DNA of 64,000 bases from Paraspadella gotoi (lineage: Eukaryota > Animalia > Chaetognatha): the NCBI GenBank assembly GCA_051294375.1, contig CM119266.1:13456735-13520734 (forward strand), given 5' to 3'. The notes under the pieces were generated by a model. It saw only the letters and a program-made list of their open reading frames with translations. It ran no database searches and had not been told where the DNA came from. The position numbers were made by a program, and so were the translations under genes. Of the stretch, positions 1 to 41,795 are shown one piece after another. Positions within the stretch are counted from its first letter, which is position 1, and each line of letters starts with the position of its first letter.

Positions 1-473
1 TCCGACTCTCCGCTTTTTTAACCTCACCCATTTGCTGCTGAGCGCCTGACCCGTTACCCAGTTTTCCCGCCAAACTCGTCTCGCCGGGTTTTAACTAAAA
101 ACACTCGCGAGATTCCTCCTTCCTCAGTTTCTACTCGTGCGAAAGATTCAGTGTTTTGCTTTCAAGCTGAATTAACAAGCTGAATTAACAGCTGAACTGT
201 AAACACTTCATGCAGTCATGGAGAACACTATACGGTACGGTCATGTGTACGTGTATAAAGAGCAAAATAGGAAAATGGTTTGAATCAATTTTTGATGAGT
301 AATTTATTCTCAACGTTTAAAGAGGTTTAACGGTCGGTTAATCTCGGCTTCGTAAAGAAAGAAAATCGTAAATCCAAAGATTGAAAATTACGGATTAGTT
401 TATATAGGACGATCGAAGTGCGTTGTCACGAAACTGACATTGTTTGTAAACAAAAAAAACAAAACAAAGTTCG

Positions 474-694
474 TTAAAAAACAGCAGAAAGAACTAGAAC
501 GACAACAACGACAACAACGACAACGAGGCCGACACCCGATTTATTTTCGGCGGTGAAATCGTTTGGCGAAGCGACGGAGCGAATCGACTCAGGTTTGAAA
601 TGCACCTGCGCTGGCACCCGAGTCTCGTCGGCGGCAGGTGCAAGGGTCGGACACGTCGGGGTCATCCCAAGTTTAAAGCGATTTTTGCCGTTGT
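474..694 (-). CDS. Probable terminal exon of a membrane-anchored (TM or GPI-signal) protein; degraded mirror copy at about 8795-9005 (+)
   Basis: Acceptor ...ttacgaaatag, then NGKNRFKLGMTPTCPTLAPAADETRVPAQVHFKPESIRSVASPNDFTAENKSGVGLVVVVVVVVVLVLSAVF*, a hydrophobic C-terminus directly before the stop. Part of the Val run comes from a (GTC/GTT)n repeat, which weakens the call. Confidence 0.4.
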
Positions 695-2279
695 CTATTT
701 CGTAACGGAGAAAATGTAAAGTTTAGTTTCAAAAGCAGTTGGAACACGGTGTCATTGTCACAAGAGTAAATACTAATCAGCATAAGTAAATTTTAAGTCA
801 GAATGTGTTAAATTTCGATCGATTTAAATAAGGAACATATAGTGCACTGACCGAGAGCGAAAAATCCATAGATATCCACCCAAACTCTCCCCCCCCCCCA
901 TCCGCTTAAAAAAGAGAGCGGACTCCAGGCGGCAAATGGCGGCCTTGAAATGGTGTTGGCGTTCGCCCGACGGGAAGATTCATTTCCAATTCCTCAGGAT
1001 GGAGGAAAAAAGTCAAAATGGAGGAGAAAAGAAAGAAATTTAAAAAAAATTGGCGAGAGAAAAGAAAAAGCGAGAGAGATCGGCGCTAAAGTGAAACGGA
1101 AATCACCATTCACTGCCATATTCGTCGTTGGAAAATCAGAAGAAATGATGGGAAAGAAAAACGACTAATGAAATTTTTTTTTTACCAGCGAAGCGACGCA
1201 ATCGTCAGAAACAAGATTGGGTTGGATTGCGTATCATTGCTCAATGCAAAAGCGAATCTTTTAGTTTGGAAATCTTGATTAGGAAAACTGCTTATAAAGA
1301 AACGTTAAAAGTGCACTATTTCTTTTATTATTAACTAATATTTCCATCTTTTTTTGACAGATTATCGTTCATGGTAGGCAAAATATTAAGCATTAAACAG
1401 TGCATGTGATGGCTTTAAATTTATTGAAAGTACTGAAAATCACACTTGAATCGTTTTAGTATGTTATCAAATTAAAAATTTATAACGTACTTTCTTCACA
1501 AACTGAAACAGAAAAGCGCCGGGGCGGCCTTCAACAAACTCTTATTATTTTAAAGAATTTTTGACTCAGCAGATGTAAAGAAGATTGGCAATGCCAATAG
1601 CAATACCAATCGACTGAAAGGAGAGAAAAAGCCGCTAAAACGTTTTATTGCTCAACCAATCTGCCAATCGCAAAGGATCCGCGCGCGCGCGCAGCAACCG
1701 GTTTTTTGTTGTTTTTTTNNNNNNNNNNNNNNNNNNNNNNNNNAGAGAGATGATCCCCTAGATCAATGCCTCATCACCCGACCCCAAACTCCACTCACCT
1801 TTTCCGCCATTCTCCCCTCTTCTCTTCGCTGGCCGTCAAAACAAGAAAAGAATAGAATACAAAAAACAGTTTTGCTTTCCGCCGCGATCTCGCGATATTT
1901 CTTCCGGAAGCTGTAAACCGTTTTTTTAAGACCCGGGCGTTAGATGTGGATTCTAAAGATGGCGGAAGAAGGCGTCGAATTTGGCGTCGGTGGCGGTAGG
2001 TGCTTATTTTTAAGAGAAGGAACCTCAACAGACTGAGACAGATAGAAAAAGAAGAGAGAGAGAATTTGATAGATTCAATTAGACTCAATTTTTGAAGAAC
2101 TGCAACATCTCCTCTCTTTGAACTTTAATAAAACATTTGTTTATACTTTATTTTAATTGACTATCATATTCGTAACTATTTATTTTATTTCCTGAAAAGT
2201 TAAATAAGAATCTTTGAATTTAATATTTAGGCGCATCTCCATTAACTCTTTGTACTCTCTTACTCTCATACTCTTTACT

Positions 2280-2337
<58 letters not shown>

Positions 2338-2355
2338 TCTCTCTCTCTCTCTCAT

Positions 2356-2386
<31 letters not shown>

Positions 2387-4662
2387 CCTTTCCTTCTCTC
2401 ACAAATCTTTTCTATTCCGGATTCTGCCATCCCCGTTCCAACACATGGCGTTGGTTAAACATAGGTTTCTCCATCGGGAGATTATTGCTCGATTCATTAA
2501 AGGTTCGGATCTGCAAAGAATGCGGAGAACACCAGATGTCTCTTCTGCAAATAAAAAAAACAGTTGACCATGGAAAAAAACGAAATGTATTTAATTCGAC
2601 GTTAGGCGACCAATGATTAGTGGTTCTATATATATATTTTTAAAACCAGACAGCAATATCCTTAGGCTAAACGATCTACCATATTTATCAGTAAACATCC
2701 GCCTATTTTACGAATTTTGTATCTACTTTTCGCAATGTTATTTTTTTTTATTCCCTTCCTTCGTATTTGTTGAGAACCTCATCGAGAAAGGTCAATACAT
2801 CGAGACTTTCTCATCTTTTTCGTCTTGATACGAAGATCCCCTTTCGCTCCCCTCTCATCTCTCTCGTTCTCTCTCTCTCTCTTCACAACATAAAAATAGA
2901 AAAATTTCCCGTTGATCCAACGGATTCTGCCAATTTTCTCCGTAGAAAAAATAATGAAAAAAAAAAAAAAAAAAAAAAAACAAAACAAAAAATAAAGGAA
3001 GGAAAAATTCATCAGTGTAAATGGTGAGGAGAGAGAGAGAGAGAGAGACGAGAGAGATGAGAGGGAGCGAAAAAGGGGATCTTCGATATCAAGACGAAAA
3101 AGATGAGAAAGTCTCGGATGTATTGACCTTTCTCGATGAGGTTCTCAACAAATACGAAGGAAGGGAATAAAAAAAAATAACATTGCGAAGAAGTTAGATA
3201 CAAAATTCGTAAAATAGGCGGATGTTTACTGATAAATATGGTAGATCGTTTAGCCTAAGGATATTGCTGTCTGGTTTTAAAAATATATATATAGAACCAC
3301 TTAATCATTGGCTCGCTAACGTCGAATTAAATACATTTCGTTTTTTTCCATGGTCAACTGTTTTTTTTTATTTGCAGAAGAGACATCTGGTGTTCTCCGA
3401 TTCTTTGCGAGATCCGAAAACCTTTAATGAATCGAGCAAATAATCTCCCGATGGAGAAACCTATGTTTAACCAACGCCATGTGTTGGAACGGGGATGGCA
3501 GAATCCGGAATAGAAAAGATTTGTGAGAGAAAGGAAAGGGGGAGAGAGAGAGAAGAGAGACGAGGAGAGTTGAGAGAAAAGATGAGAGAGAGAGAGAGAG
3601 TAGAGCAGAGAGAGAGAGAGAGAGAAGGAGATCGATTGCGAGAGAAGGAGATTGAGAAGAGAGAGAGAAAGAAGTAAAGAGTATGAGAGTAAGAGAGTAC
3701 AAAGAGTTAATGGAGATGCGCCTTAAATATTAAATTCAAAGATTCTTATTTAACTTTTCAGGAAATAAAATAAATAGTTACGTAATAATGATAGTCAATT
3801 AAAATAAAGTATAAACAAATGTTTTATTAAAGTTACAAAGAGGAGATGTTGGCAGTTTCTTCAAAAATTTGAGTCTAATTTGAATCTATCAAATTCTCTC
3901 TCTCTCTTTTTCTATCTGTCTCAGTCTGTTGAGGTTCCTTCTCTAAAAATAAGCACCTAGCGCCACCGACGCCAAATTCGACGCCTCTTCCGCCATCTTT
4001 AGAATCCATATCTAACGCCCCGGGTCTAAAAAAAGCGGTTACAGCTTCCGGAAGAAATATCGCGAGATCGCGGGGAAAGAAAAACTGTTTTTTGATTCTT
4101 TCTTTTCTTGTTTTGACGCCAGCGAAGAGGAAGAGGGGGAGAATGGCGGNNNNNNNNNNNNNNNNNNNNNNNNNNNNNNNNNNNNNNNNNNNNNNNNNNN
4201 NNNNNNNNNNNNNNNNNNNNNNNNNNNNNNNNNNNNNNNNNNNNNNNNNNNNNNNNNNNNNNNNNNNNNNNNNNNNNNNNNNNNNNNNNNNNNNNNNNNN
4301 NNNNNNNNNNNNNNNNNNNNNNNNNNNNNNNNNNNNNNGTGAGAGAGAATAGAGTTTAAATAAGAGGAAACGAAAGAGAAGAAACTCAGACAGGCGTAGT
4401 ATGAGCATGAATAAAAAAAAACTCATTCAGAATATGAGCTTCGGTCCGTTTACTTATACTTTTCGCTTTCAACGATTATATTTTATTAGTTTTTCAATAA
4501 AATCCATGAAGTAAAGAGGAAACTTCATTCTTATTTTTTTAATTGTGATCGGATTTCACTAAAAAATTTATTCTATTCCGCTTATCTATTCGTGCTTAAG
4601 CAGNNNNNNNNNNNNNNNNNNNNNNNNNATAAAGCGTTACATTAGGTATAAAGAGAGAGAGA

Positions 4663-4698
<36 letters not shown>

Positions 4699-4817
4699 AG
4701 AAGACGAGAGAGAGAGAGACGAGAAGAGAGAGAGAAGGAGGAGAAAAGAGAGTTAGGAATACAAGAACACCAAAATAATCGGTATTGAGTCGTTGAGCGA
4801 ATAAAATTGAGTTGTAG

Positions 4818-7800
4818 CCCAGTACGCACTTTTTCCTGCCACCTAGGCCGCATGAACGCGGCTGGTCATTCGCCACTCTGCCTGGGTTTTCCTCTCCAAT
4901 ACCTCCACCAACTTCAGCTCCTTCAACTCCTTCACTCTTCTCCCCTCCTCCCGACGCACATTCCTCCCCACCAGCCCCAAAATGTGTTCCTTGACCTCGG
5001 TCCTGATTTCCCCGCTGGCTTTCTTGTGTCGTCAGTCAGTGCCTTCGTAGAATTTTTTGTCCTGAAAATATTTTTTTTTGGTTTGGCGGCGGAGGCGGCA
5101 GGGCGGCGACGTCAGCGGAAGAGAATAGGACAGATGGTTGGGAAGTCAAAATGAAAAATGATTATTCGCTGTTTGGTTTTTTCGGTTTTCGGCTTCGACC
5201 TTGTTTGATCTTCCCTTTTTCCTCTTATTTTCTAGTTTTTCGCCCCGACGGTTTTTTTAGTTGCGCCGCGGAGCAACTCTATCAAAGTTTTTTTTCGGTC
5301 GCGTCTGTCGGTCCGCGGTCGGTCCCGTCGGCGGTATGTCTGTCCGTCGTTCTGTCCACATACGTTAAAAATGCATATAGTTGTGTGCTACGCATTTGTT
5401 AAGATAGAAAAAACCTCAAATCTAAGGGACGCCTCGCGCCCTCGCCTTCCATGGAATTCCTAAAAACTCATAAGGAATAAAAGACGGAATTTGCTGCAGT
5501 GCATGACCATAAATATACGGACAAAAACAGTTTTTAGTAATATCCTCTATGTGAAAATAAAGTTACTGGCGGCGCAACACAGTGTGGAAGTCACCTCGTT
5601 CTTTGTTGTTTCTTTCTCTCTCCATTCACTCTTCGACTTCTCTTCGATCTTAATATAAGATAAGACGCGTTGGCAACGTTAATCGAGGGAAATGGAGAGT
5701 GGTATGTTGAGGAGTGAAAGGATCGAAGAATGGGAGGTATGTGGAGGAGGGGGGCGTCTCGAAAAAGGTAAAAAAATTCGATTGTTCGCCTGCTCGAGGT
5801 TTTCTCTAAACCACAATTTCTCCAAGAATCAGAGGGGTCGAAAGGATTCCTGTCAAGCTTTTGGGCAAAAGACAGGAAAAAGAAGTTAAAAAAAAAAATT
5901 TTAAAGAGATTTTGTTTTTTTTGGGCGTTGGAATACAAGATTCCCTGTGTTTCTGCTGTCCCTGTTTCTCGTTAAGCACGAATAGATAAGGCGGAAAAAT
6001 AGAAGAGAAACTTTTTTTTTTTTTTGTGAATCCGATCACAATTAAAAAATAAGAAAGATGAAGTTTCCTCTTGACTTCATGGATTCTTATTGAAAAACTA
6101 ATAAAGTATAATCGGTGAGAGAGGAAGATAAGCGAAAAGTATGAAGGATAAATCGGTAATCCGAAGCTCATATTCTGGAATGGTATTTTTTTTATTCATT
6201 GCTCATACTACGGCCTGTCTGATTCTTCTCTTTCGTTTCCCCTCTATTTTAATCTCTGTATATCGCTCTCACACTTGGTCTCTCTTTCTCTCTCTCTCTC
6301 TTTTCAGTCTCTCTCGTTCTCTCTCTGCTGTCTCTCCTCTCTCTCTCTCTCTCTCTCTCTACTCGGCTCGTCTCTTCTTCTTCGCTCTTGCCCTTTAACC
6401 GCTAATCATTCCAATCCTAACCGCGACCCAAACTCCTCACCATTTTCCCCCGCATTACTCACAACCCCCCGTCTTCCTCATTCGCTGGGCGTCAAAACAG
6501 AAAAGAATAGAACTCAAAAAACCAGTTCTTATCTTTCCCCCGCGTCTCCGGGCGATAATATTCTTCTCTCCGGAAGCTGTAACTCCAAAGCTGTTGCGTC
6601 TGTTCTGGTTATTCAGGAGCGATGAGGAGTGTCGCGGGAGGGCGTAATAGATAAATGGATAAAGATGGCGGGAAGAGGCGTGCGAATTTGGCGTCGGGTG
6701 GCGCTAGTGCTTATTTTTTAGAGAAGGAACTCACCAACTGAGACAATAGAAAGACGAGAGAGCAGGAATTTGATCGATTCATATATGACTCAAATATTTT
6801 GAAAGGAATCATTGAAACTGCAACATCATCTCTGTTGTAACTTTAATAAAACATTTGTTAGTACTTTATTTTAATTGACTATCATTATTATGGTAACTAT
6901 GATTATTGTTTATTTCTGAAAAGTTAACATAAGGAACTCTTTGAATTTAATATTTAAGGCGCATCCCATTAACTCTTTGTACTTCTCTTAATCTCATACT
7001 CTTTACTTCTTCTCTCTCTCTCCTCTCTATCTCTCTCTCTCTCTTCTCTCTCTATCTCGTCTATTGCTCTACTCTCCTCTCCGTCATCTCTCCTCTCGTC
7101 TCTCCCCCTTCCTTTCTCATCACAAATCTTTTCTATTCCGGATTCTGCCATCCCCCGTGTTCGCAACTACATGGCGTTGGTAAACATAGGTTTTCTACCA
7201 TCGGAGATTATGCTCGATTCATTAAAGGTTTTCGGATCTAGCAAAGAATCGGAGAACACCAGATGTCTTTCTGCAAATAAAAAAAAAAAAACAGATTGAG
7301 CCTGGAAAAAACGAAATGTAATTTAATTCGACGTTAGCGAGCCCAATGATTAAGTGGTTCTATATATATAAATTTTTAAAACCAGACAGCAATCCTTAGG
7401 CTAAACGATCATACAATAATTTATAGTAAACATCCGCCTATTTTAACGAATTTGTATCTAACTTCTTCGCAATGTTTATTTTGTTTTATTCCCGTTCCTT
7501 CGTATTTGTTGAGAACTCATCGAGAAAGGCTCAAATACATCGAGACTATTCTCTATCTTTTTCGTTTGAGTAAATGCGAAGATCCGCCTTTTTCGCATGT
7601 CGCCTCTCATCTCTCTGTCTCTCTCTCTCTCTCTCTCCTCACAAACAGTAAAAAAGAAGATTTCCAGGTTGATCCAGCCCGGATTTGCCAATTTTCTCCG
7701 TAGAAAAATAATGAAAAAAAAAAAAAAAAAAAAACAAAACAAAAAATAAAGGAAGGAAAAATTCATCGTGGTAATGAACAAAAAAATCAACTCAAAACAA

Positions 7801-9005
7801 CGGTTGCTGTGGCGCGCTGCGCGCGGATCTTTGCGGATTGGCGATTGGTTGGCAATAAAACGTTTTTAAGCGGGCTTTTTCTCTCCTTTCATCGATTGGT
7901 ATTGTATGGCATGCCTAATCTTCTTTACAGTCTGCTGAGTCAAAAGTCAAAAATTCTTTAAAATAATAAGAGGTTGTTGAAGGGCCAGCCGGCTTTTCTG
8001 TTTCAGTTTGTGAAAAAGGTAACGTTATAAATTTTTTATTTGATAAATACTAAACGTTAATTTAATAAATTGTAAAGCCATCACACTGCCTGTTAATGCT
8101 TAATATATTGCCCTACATGACGATATAATTGTCAAAAAAGATGGAAATATAAGTTAATAATAAAGAAATTAGTGCGCTTTTAAAACGTTTCTTTATAAGC
8201 AGTTATTCCTCAAATCATAGAATTTCCAAAGCTAAAAGATATTCGCTTTTGGCATTGAGAGATGAGTAGCAATCGCAAGCCCAATCTTGTTTCTGACGAT
8301 TGGTGGCTTCGCTGGTAAGAAAAATTTCATTAGTCCGTTTTTTCTTTCCCACATCATTATTTCTGATTTCCAACGACGAATATGGCAGTGAATGGTGATT
8401 TCGTTTCATACTTTAGCGCGATTGTTTCGCTTTTCTTTTCTCTCGCATTTTTTAAATTTCTTTTCTTCTTCCTCCATTTTTGACTTTTTTTCCTCATACT
8501 GAGGAAGTTGGAAATGAATCTTCCGTCGGCTACGACCAACACAATTTCAGGCGCGATTTGCCGCCTGGAGAGTCGTTTTTTAGGGATGGGGGGGGGGGAA
8601 GAGTTGAGTTGGGTGGATATATATGGATTTTATTCGCTCTCTCAGAGTAGTGCACTATATGTCCTTATTTAAATCGATCGAATTTAAACTTGTGACTTAA
8701 AATTGTACATATGCTGATTAGTATTTAGCTCTTGTGACATGAAACGTGTTCCAACTGCTTTTGAAACTAAACTTACATTTTCTCCGGTACAAAAACGACA
8801 ACGCAGCAAAATCGCTTTAGAACTTGGGAATGACCCCGAGTGCGCCCTTGCACTGCCGGCGACGAGATCGGTGCAGCGTAGGTGCATTTCAAACTGAGTC
8901 GATTCGCTCCGTCGCTCGCAAACGATTTCACGCCGGAAAATAATCGGGTGTCGCCTCGTTGTCGTTGTGTGTTTTTGTAGTTCTAGTTCTTTCGCTGTTT
9001 TTTAA
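4818..9005 (+). CDS. Fragmentary multi-exon gene of unknown function in low-quality sequence
   Basis: GC-richer exon-like blocks: about 4818-4885 (PSTHFFLPPRPHERGWSFATLP), about 4975-5030 (PQNVFLDLGPDFPAGFLVS), a block best read in the mirror copy at about 3958-4070 (-) (DLAIFLPEAVTAFFRPGALDMDSKDGGRGVEFGVGGAR), and the hydrophobic-tail exon at about 8795-9005. A full phase-consistent chain could not be built. Confidence 0.3.
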
Positions 9006-9825
9006 CGAACTTTGTTGTTTTTTTGTTTACAAACGAATGTAGTTTCGTGACCAAAGCCTTCGAATGTCCTATATAACTACTCGTAATTTTTCAATCTTTG
9101 GATTTACGATTCTTTTCTTTTAGAAGCGAGATTCACCGACCGTTAAACCTCTTAAACGTTGACGAATAAATTGACTCATCAAAATGTGATCGGAAACATT
9201 TCCTATTTTGTTTATACATCCCACGTACACTGAAGTACGTATAGCTCATCTTCACAGTGACTGCATGATAGTGTTAAGTTCGACCTTTAATTCAGCTTGT
9301 TTGGTCGCTGTGAAAGCAAAAACTGAAATCTTATCGCAGAGTAGAAACTGAGGAAGGAGGAACCGCGAGTGTTTTTAGTTAAAACCGCGGAACGAGTTTG
9401 GCGGGAATAACTGGGTAACGGGTCAGGCGCTCAGCAGCAAATGGTGAGGTTGAAAAAGCGGAGAAGTGGAGCGGTCGCTGCGGTGGTAAGGATGGAGCGG
9501 CGGTCAGGGTGAATAATTGAAGAAGAAATAGGAAAAAGTGAATACTGGAACGGAGCACTTCATTTTAACTTAATTAACCATTAAACCTAAGGTGTTTTTC
9601 TCAGAGCAGGAATGTACAGGTTTCAGTATATGGGCGACTAAATAAATTAGCGAAACAGCGTAAACATGAGCTTAAAGAAAAAGGGGAGAGTTTCGAAACG
9701 AAAATTGAGAATGTCATTATTGATTGAGTGATGTGGTCTTGATTAAACGATATCTCGCGGGTTACGAGCAGCTAAGATATGAAAAATCAAAGAACTGACG
9801 TGAACAAGCTCGACGAGACAAGAGC

Positions 9826-9865
<40 letters not shown>

Positions 9866-12469
9866 GATGAGAGAGAAAGAGAAGAGAGGAGAGGAGGAGA
9901 GAGGAAGAGTAGACGAGGAGGATAGAGAGATGAGGGTAGGAGGGACGAGAAGAAGAGTGGGATGCGAGATGAGCTATGAGTCGAGAAGATTGGTTGTTGT
10001 CGAGTTTAGTAAAAGGATTTATCCTTGCGAGAGTGAAATCGAAAGGGATGTTGTCGTCGTTTCGTCGCGATACATGTTTATCATCGGTTGAGCGATGACG
10101 CTCGTCATCAATCTGAATCATCGTCGTATCTATATCGTCATCATGCATGTTTCGTTCGCGAATTTCGTCAAACGCCACGATGGAATGAGAGAGAATCTCC
10201 CGCCCACATACTCGGAAGTGACGCTGCATTGGTGCACGCTTGGCCTAGGACATGTGATCGTTAGATTTACCCACCCCATCCCCACCATGCGACACATTTA
10301 AAGAAAAGCACCAACCGGAAGTGTGAATTGTTTTCCTAGTATTTTTATCGGATATTTATTTTCAAAGACAGAAAAAAGGCAAGAAACTACTTATTGTCAA
10401 TTCCTTTTTAAATTCCTTCCCCTTTTTCTCTTCGAGAAATCGATTTAATTTTCTTCGCCGCGAGAAGCGTCTCTTAAAACCGTCACAAAAATAAGGCCGA
10501 GAAATTGGTAATGAATTTTCCTCTAAGATCATCGTTGGCTTCTTCCATTTTCGAAAATGGAGACGATAAGATAGGCTTCGAGATGTCGTCGTCGTCATCG
10601 TCGACGTCGTCGTCGTCGTCGTCGTCGTTTCCTTTCAATATTCAGATCTCGAAACTGGAATCGAAATGACGTTTGTTTCAATCTTCCATTACTTTTCCTC
10701 TTCTACCATCTTTTTCTTTTTTCTTTTTTACTTCCTTCTTTCTCTCGAAATCTTCTGTTTTCTCTTCTTACGTTTCTATCTTCCTCATCGTTGTATCTCT
10801 GGTTTCTTTTTAATTTTTTTTCTGTTTATTCTCATTTTTCATCATTTTTTCTTTATTTTTTATTTTCATATTGACTCGTCGTATTTAGGTTCCATTTATT
10901 TGGTTCTTTGTTTTATTCCCTTTCCTCATTTTCCTTAATTAATTTCCCGGGAAATTTATGTCTCTCTTCTGACCAAGGGGAAATAAAATTAAAGATAATT
11001 TTTTTCGTAGAAACTCGACTCAAATGTGTGATTCCAGACCAGTGAGCCTGTAAAGCAATTGTCGCCAGTGTGGTCTTTTCTTCATTTCACAAATGCCGTT
11101 AGTTTCTTTTCACACGAAGTCAAAAGTCACATTAAAACTATCTGAGCTGACACGAAGCGATGATGAGCGTTGACGTCTGCGCATGCGTTGACAAGGGTTG
11201 TCGGAGGCGTTTGCTCTGACGAAATTGATTTTTTTGATCCTATTTTTTTTTCCTGCGTGGAGTAAGGGCGAGACGCAGGTGGTCTCTCACGTCCGCGTTG
11301 ACAAACTCTGACAAACTTGGAAAAAGTGGTTAGGGGGAAAAATTGAATATTTATTAGGATGAGGGAAGTTTGCCTCATAAACGGAAAACGTTGGGTTTTT
11401 TTTTCCGTGGATGATAAATAAGCCCGAAGAGAAGAGATGTCAGTAAGTGTCAGTGTAGTGTAAAGGATATAACCCATTTTATAACCGCTTCTGGCGATTT
11501 AAAACATGAACCGCAGTTACAACATCGAACCCCACAATAAAAAAAATCACCGTGATTCCTCGTCGCCCTTATTTCGGTTCCTGTTGAGTGTGTTGTCGTT
11601 GTTGTATTTGCGAAAGCGCCTCTCAAGACTCGGCGACGAAGTTCCTCGGGGCGATCGTCGTCGTCGTCCACAGCCGCGTGAGCGGAAGCGGCGGCGTTTC
11701 GTTGGCGTCCGACGAGAGCGGCGCTGCTTTGGGTGCGCGATCGCGAATGGACCGGATACTAGCACCGTTTTAATTACTGAATTAAAGTTCAAATCAAAAT
11801 CGTTATCCGAATATTAAGAAATCATCCGAAAAAAAAAAGGTTTAAGGACTTGAAACCCATTTTTATTCAGTCACGTCCCTTTCTGCACCTGTCACTTCAA
11901 CAGCGTACTCCCCACCTCACCGCTACTTTGAGCTCTCGGCTACAAACATACCCCCCTCCAGGGCAGGTCTCCGACGCGTCTCTCGTTTCCGGCGCCAATT
12001 TCCAACTGCTTTACCAGACGGCAGGAGGTTTTTTTCTTCGCGAGTCGTAATCTTTCCGCTTTCGACTTTTCGTTGTTTTGTCGAAAGATGGCCGTCAGAA
12101 GAAAAAAACATAATAATAAAATTAGAAAAAATAGGGAGAAAAAGTTCGAGCGAAAAAAAAAAACAAAAAAAACAAAAACGGAATGGAAAAGAAAAGCTAT
12201 AATTCGCGGAGCGATTCAGCGATTTAACTACACTGCGTCGCGTACAAATTCCCAGGTCTTCTTTTTTCGCCAGCGAGTAAAAATAAATGGTCGAACCATT
12301 GTTAAGTTATTTTTGAAAACAAATTTTTTAAAAAAGATGTGCCGACTCGATCTTTCTCAGAAATATATTATCCTNNNNNNNNNNNNNNNNNNNNNNNNNG
12401 GCGGCGCTCTTTGTGCGCCGAGCCGATCTCCGTTTTATTCTGAATTAAATTCAAATAAAATCCGAAACG

Positions 12470-27964
<15,495 letters not shown>

Positions 27965-29065
27965 GTAAGTCAAGAAGCGGCGAACGACAAAAGCAAAGCG
28001 TGAGGAATCAGACTTGAGCGGAATAATAGAGGAAAATATAAAGGGAAAGAATGCCGATAAACGAGGAGGCTCCGTTGAGGGAGCAAAAATACGAGGGCAT
28101 GAAAAAAAGGATGGGATCTAAGTAAGGACAACTCCATAAATTTTGAGAGGGCATAAGGAAAATTGGAGCATAGAGATTGAATGAGGTTGTAAAAGAGAGA
28201 TGATTAAGGTTGAGTAGTATACGAGCAGGGCATATTTGAACTTAAGTGGGACGGACGACGGATGGACAGAAAAGAGACAAACAGACTTCCAAGTGTCTTA
28301 TAGAGTTGCTCCGCGTACAAGTAACAAGAAACAACCAAACCCCCCCCCCGACGGCTAAATTTAGAAATTGAACCGTCGGGGGTCGTGCGCCATACTGGAA
28401 TCAAGAGAACGGCGAGAGTGTGCTTAGCTTCGAATAAGGCAATTGTTTTCCTCTCATCAATATCAGTTTACTTCCCCAACGCGAACCCCCAAATCCGTCA
28501 GGCGGCGACGAATCGTTAACGATCTTCGCCTGACAAATGGGAACTATGGGCGAGACGTCGGTGCGGAGAGTCAGGGGCGAGACGCCCGGGGGGGGGTGGG
28601 GGAGAGGAAATGAAATGGAACCGGCGAAATGAAGGAAATGAAGGAACCGGAAACGACGAAGAAAATGAAGAAAAGAGCCGGAATCTGGGATGAAGAGGTT
28701 TGAGAGGGAGGAGGAGGAATATGAGAAGTATTTCGCTTTAAGGGTTGCTGTGTAGTTGGAGGTTGCTAAGGATTGGGCAGAAAGCTAACCGGGGCCAGTA
28801 ATGAAATAAGTTCTTTTTTTCTTAATTTTTCTAATGATTTTTTTTTTTTTGTAATTTTTTATATCCGAAATACAAGGTCAGATAACAATTATTTGAGTTT
28901 TTAAAAACATTGAAAACATTCACGAAAAACGTCGGCTCATCTTCACTGTCTACAGAGAAAAAATAAATTTCAAGGACAATGAATTATCGAACTTCTAAAA
29001 GATAAAGCCAAAAGACGCCAGAAGTAAGTCGGCGGGAGAAAGGCTGAGAGAGCGATCCAACTCAC

Positions 29066-40674
<11,609 letters not shown>

Positions 40675-41746
40675 CTGGTGAGAGAAGTTAAACAAAAGTA
40701 AGCAAAAGTCATGAAATTGAATACAACAGAGTTGTTTTTTGTTTTGTTTTTTTCAATTTTAAACATCAATATGCCAAATTTTCTATTATATTGATTTTAC
40801 GTGTAAAATAACCGTTTCATGTAAGTATGAATCGCATGTATTATTCCAATACTAGTCATGAAATGTAAGCCTAGGAGAGATAAAGCGGAAAAGCAAGAAA
40901 ACAAAAAGGCAAGGAGATAATGTTCGAAGACTTAATGGACTCCCCGACCAAATTGACTTATCATTCCAGACTATTCCTTTTTTTAAGCAAAGAACGCCGT
41001 AGATAAAGGATTTTCCCTTTCTGAGATANNNNNNNNNNNNNNNNNNNNNNNNNNNNNNNNNNNNNNNNNNNNNNNNNNNNNNNNNNNNNNNNNNNNNNNN
41101 NNNNNNNNNNNNNNNNNNNNNNNNNNNNNNNNNNNNNNNNNNNNNNNNNNNNNNNNNNNNNNNNNNNNNNNNNNNNNNNNNNNNNNNNNNNNNNNNNNNN
41201 NNNNNNNNNNNNNNNNNNNNNNNNNNNNNNNNNNNNNNNNNNNNNNNNNNNNNNNNNNNNNNNNNNNNNNNNNNNNNNNNNNNNNNNNNNNNNNNNNNGT
41301 CGTCGTCGTCGTTGTGGATGACGTTTTACGGTTGACGTTGTCGTTGTCGCTTAGCGTTTGTCAGAAGACATTATGAACCTTCTCGAAAACAAATCTGCTC
41401 GTTCTGCGAAATAATCAAAAACTACTTTTGAGCGATCCCTTATCCAAAGGAATACGTATAAACGAATATAGATTATTGAGTTAAAATTTATTTTAAGAGA
41501 TTGACATGTTATTGGATTTTTAAAGATTCACAGAATTTATTTGTTAACTAATGCATCGAGAAACCAACGAACAAACAAAACGTTTCCGATGAAGATCTAG
41601 CATTTTCAGTCAAAATATAATGCATTACTAGAATTTAAATATTCACTAAACTATTAGATCAATCTATTCTGCCATGAAACAATTCCGTAACAGTCATCGA
41701 AAGTGAAAACGGTTTCCGATCGGAAAAAAAGTTGCGAGGATTCACT

Positions 41747-41795
<49 letters not shown>

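Larger units (their letters stand above)
1..9470. repeat. Nested inverted duplication (A-B-B'-gap-C-B-A'), probably a fold-back chimera or assembly artefact
   Basis: 1-1718 is the reverse complement of about 7790-9470 (e.g. 1-50 vs 9421-9470). About 1800-2880 is mirrored at about 3025-4149, and about 1780-3012 recurs in direct orientation at about 6425-7770. Copies differ mainly by scattered 1-bp indels, and two junctions sit at N-gaps. Confidence 0.9.
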
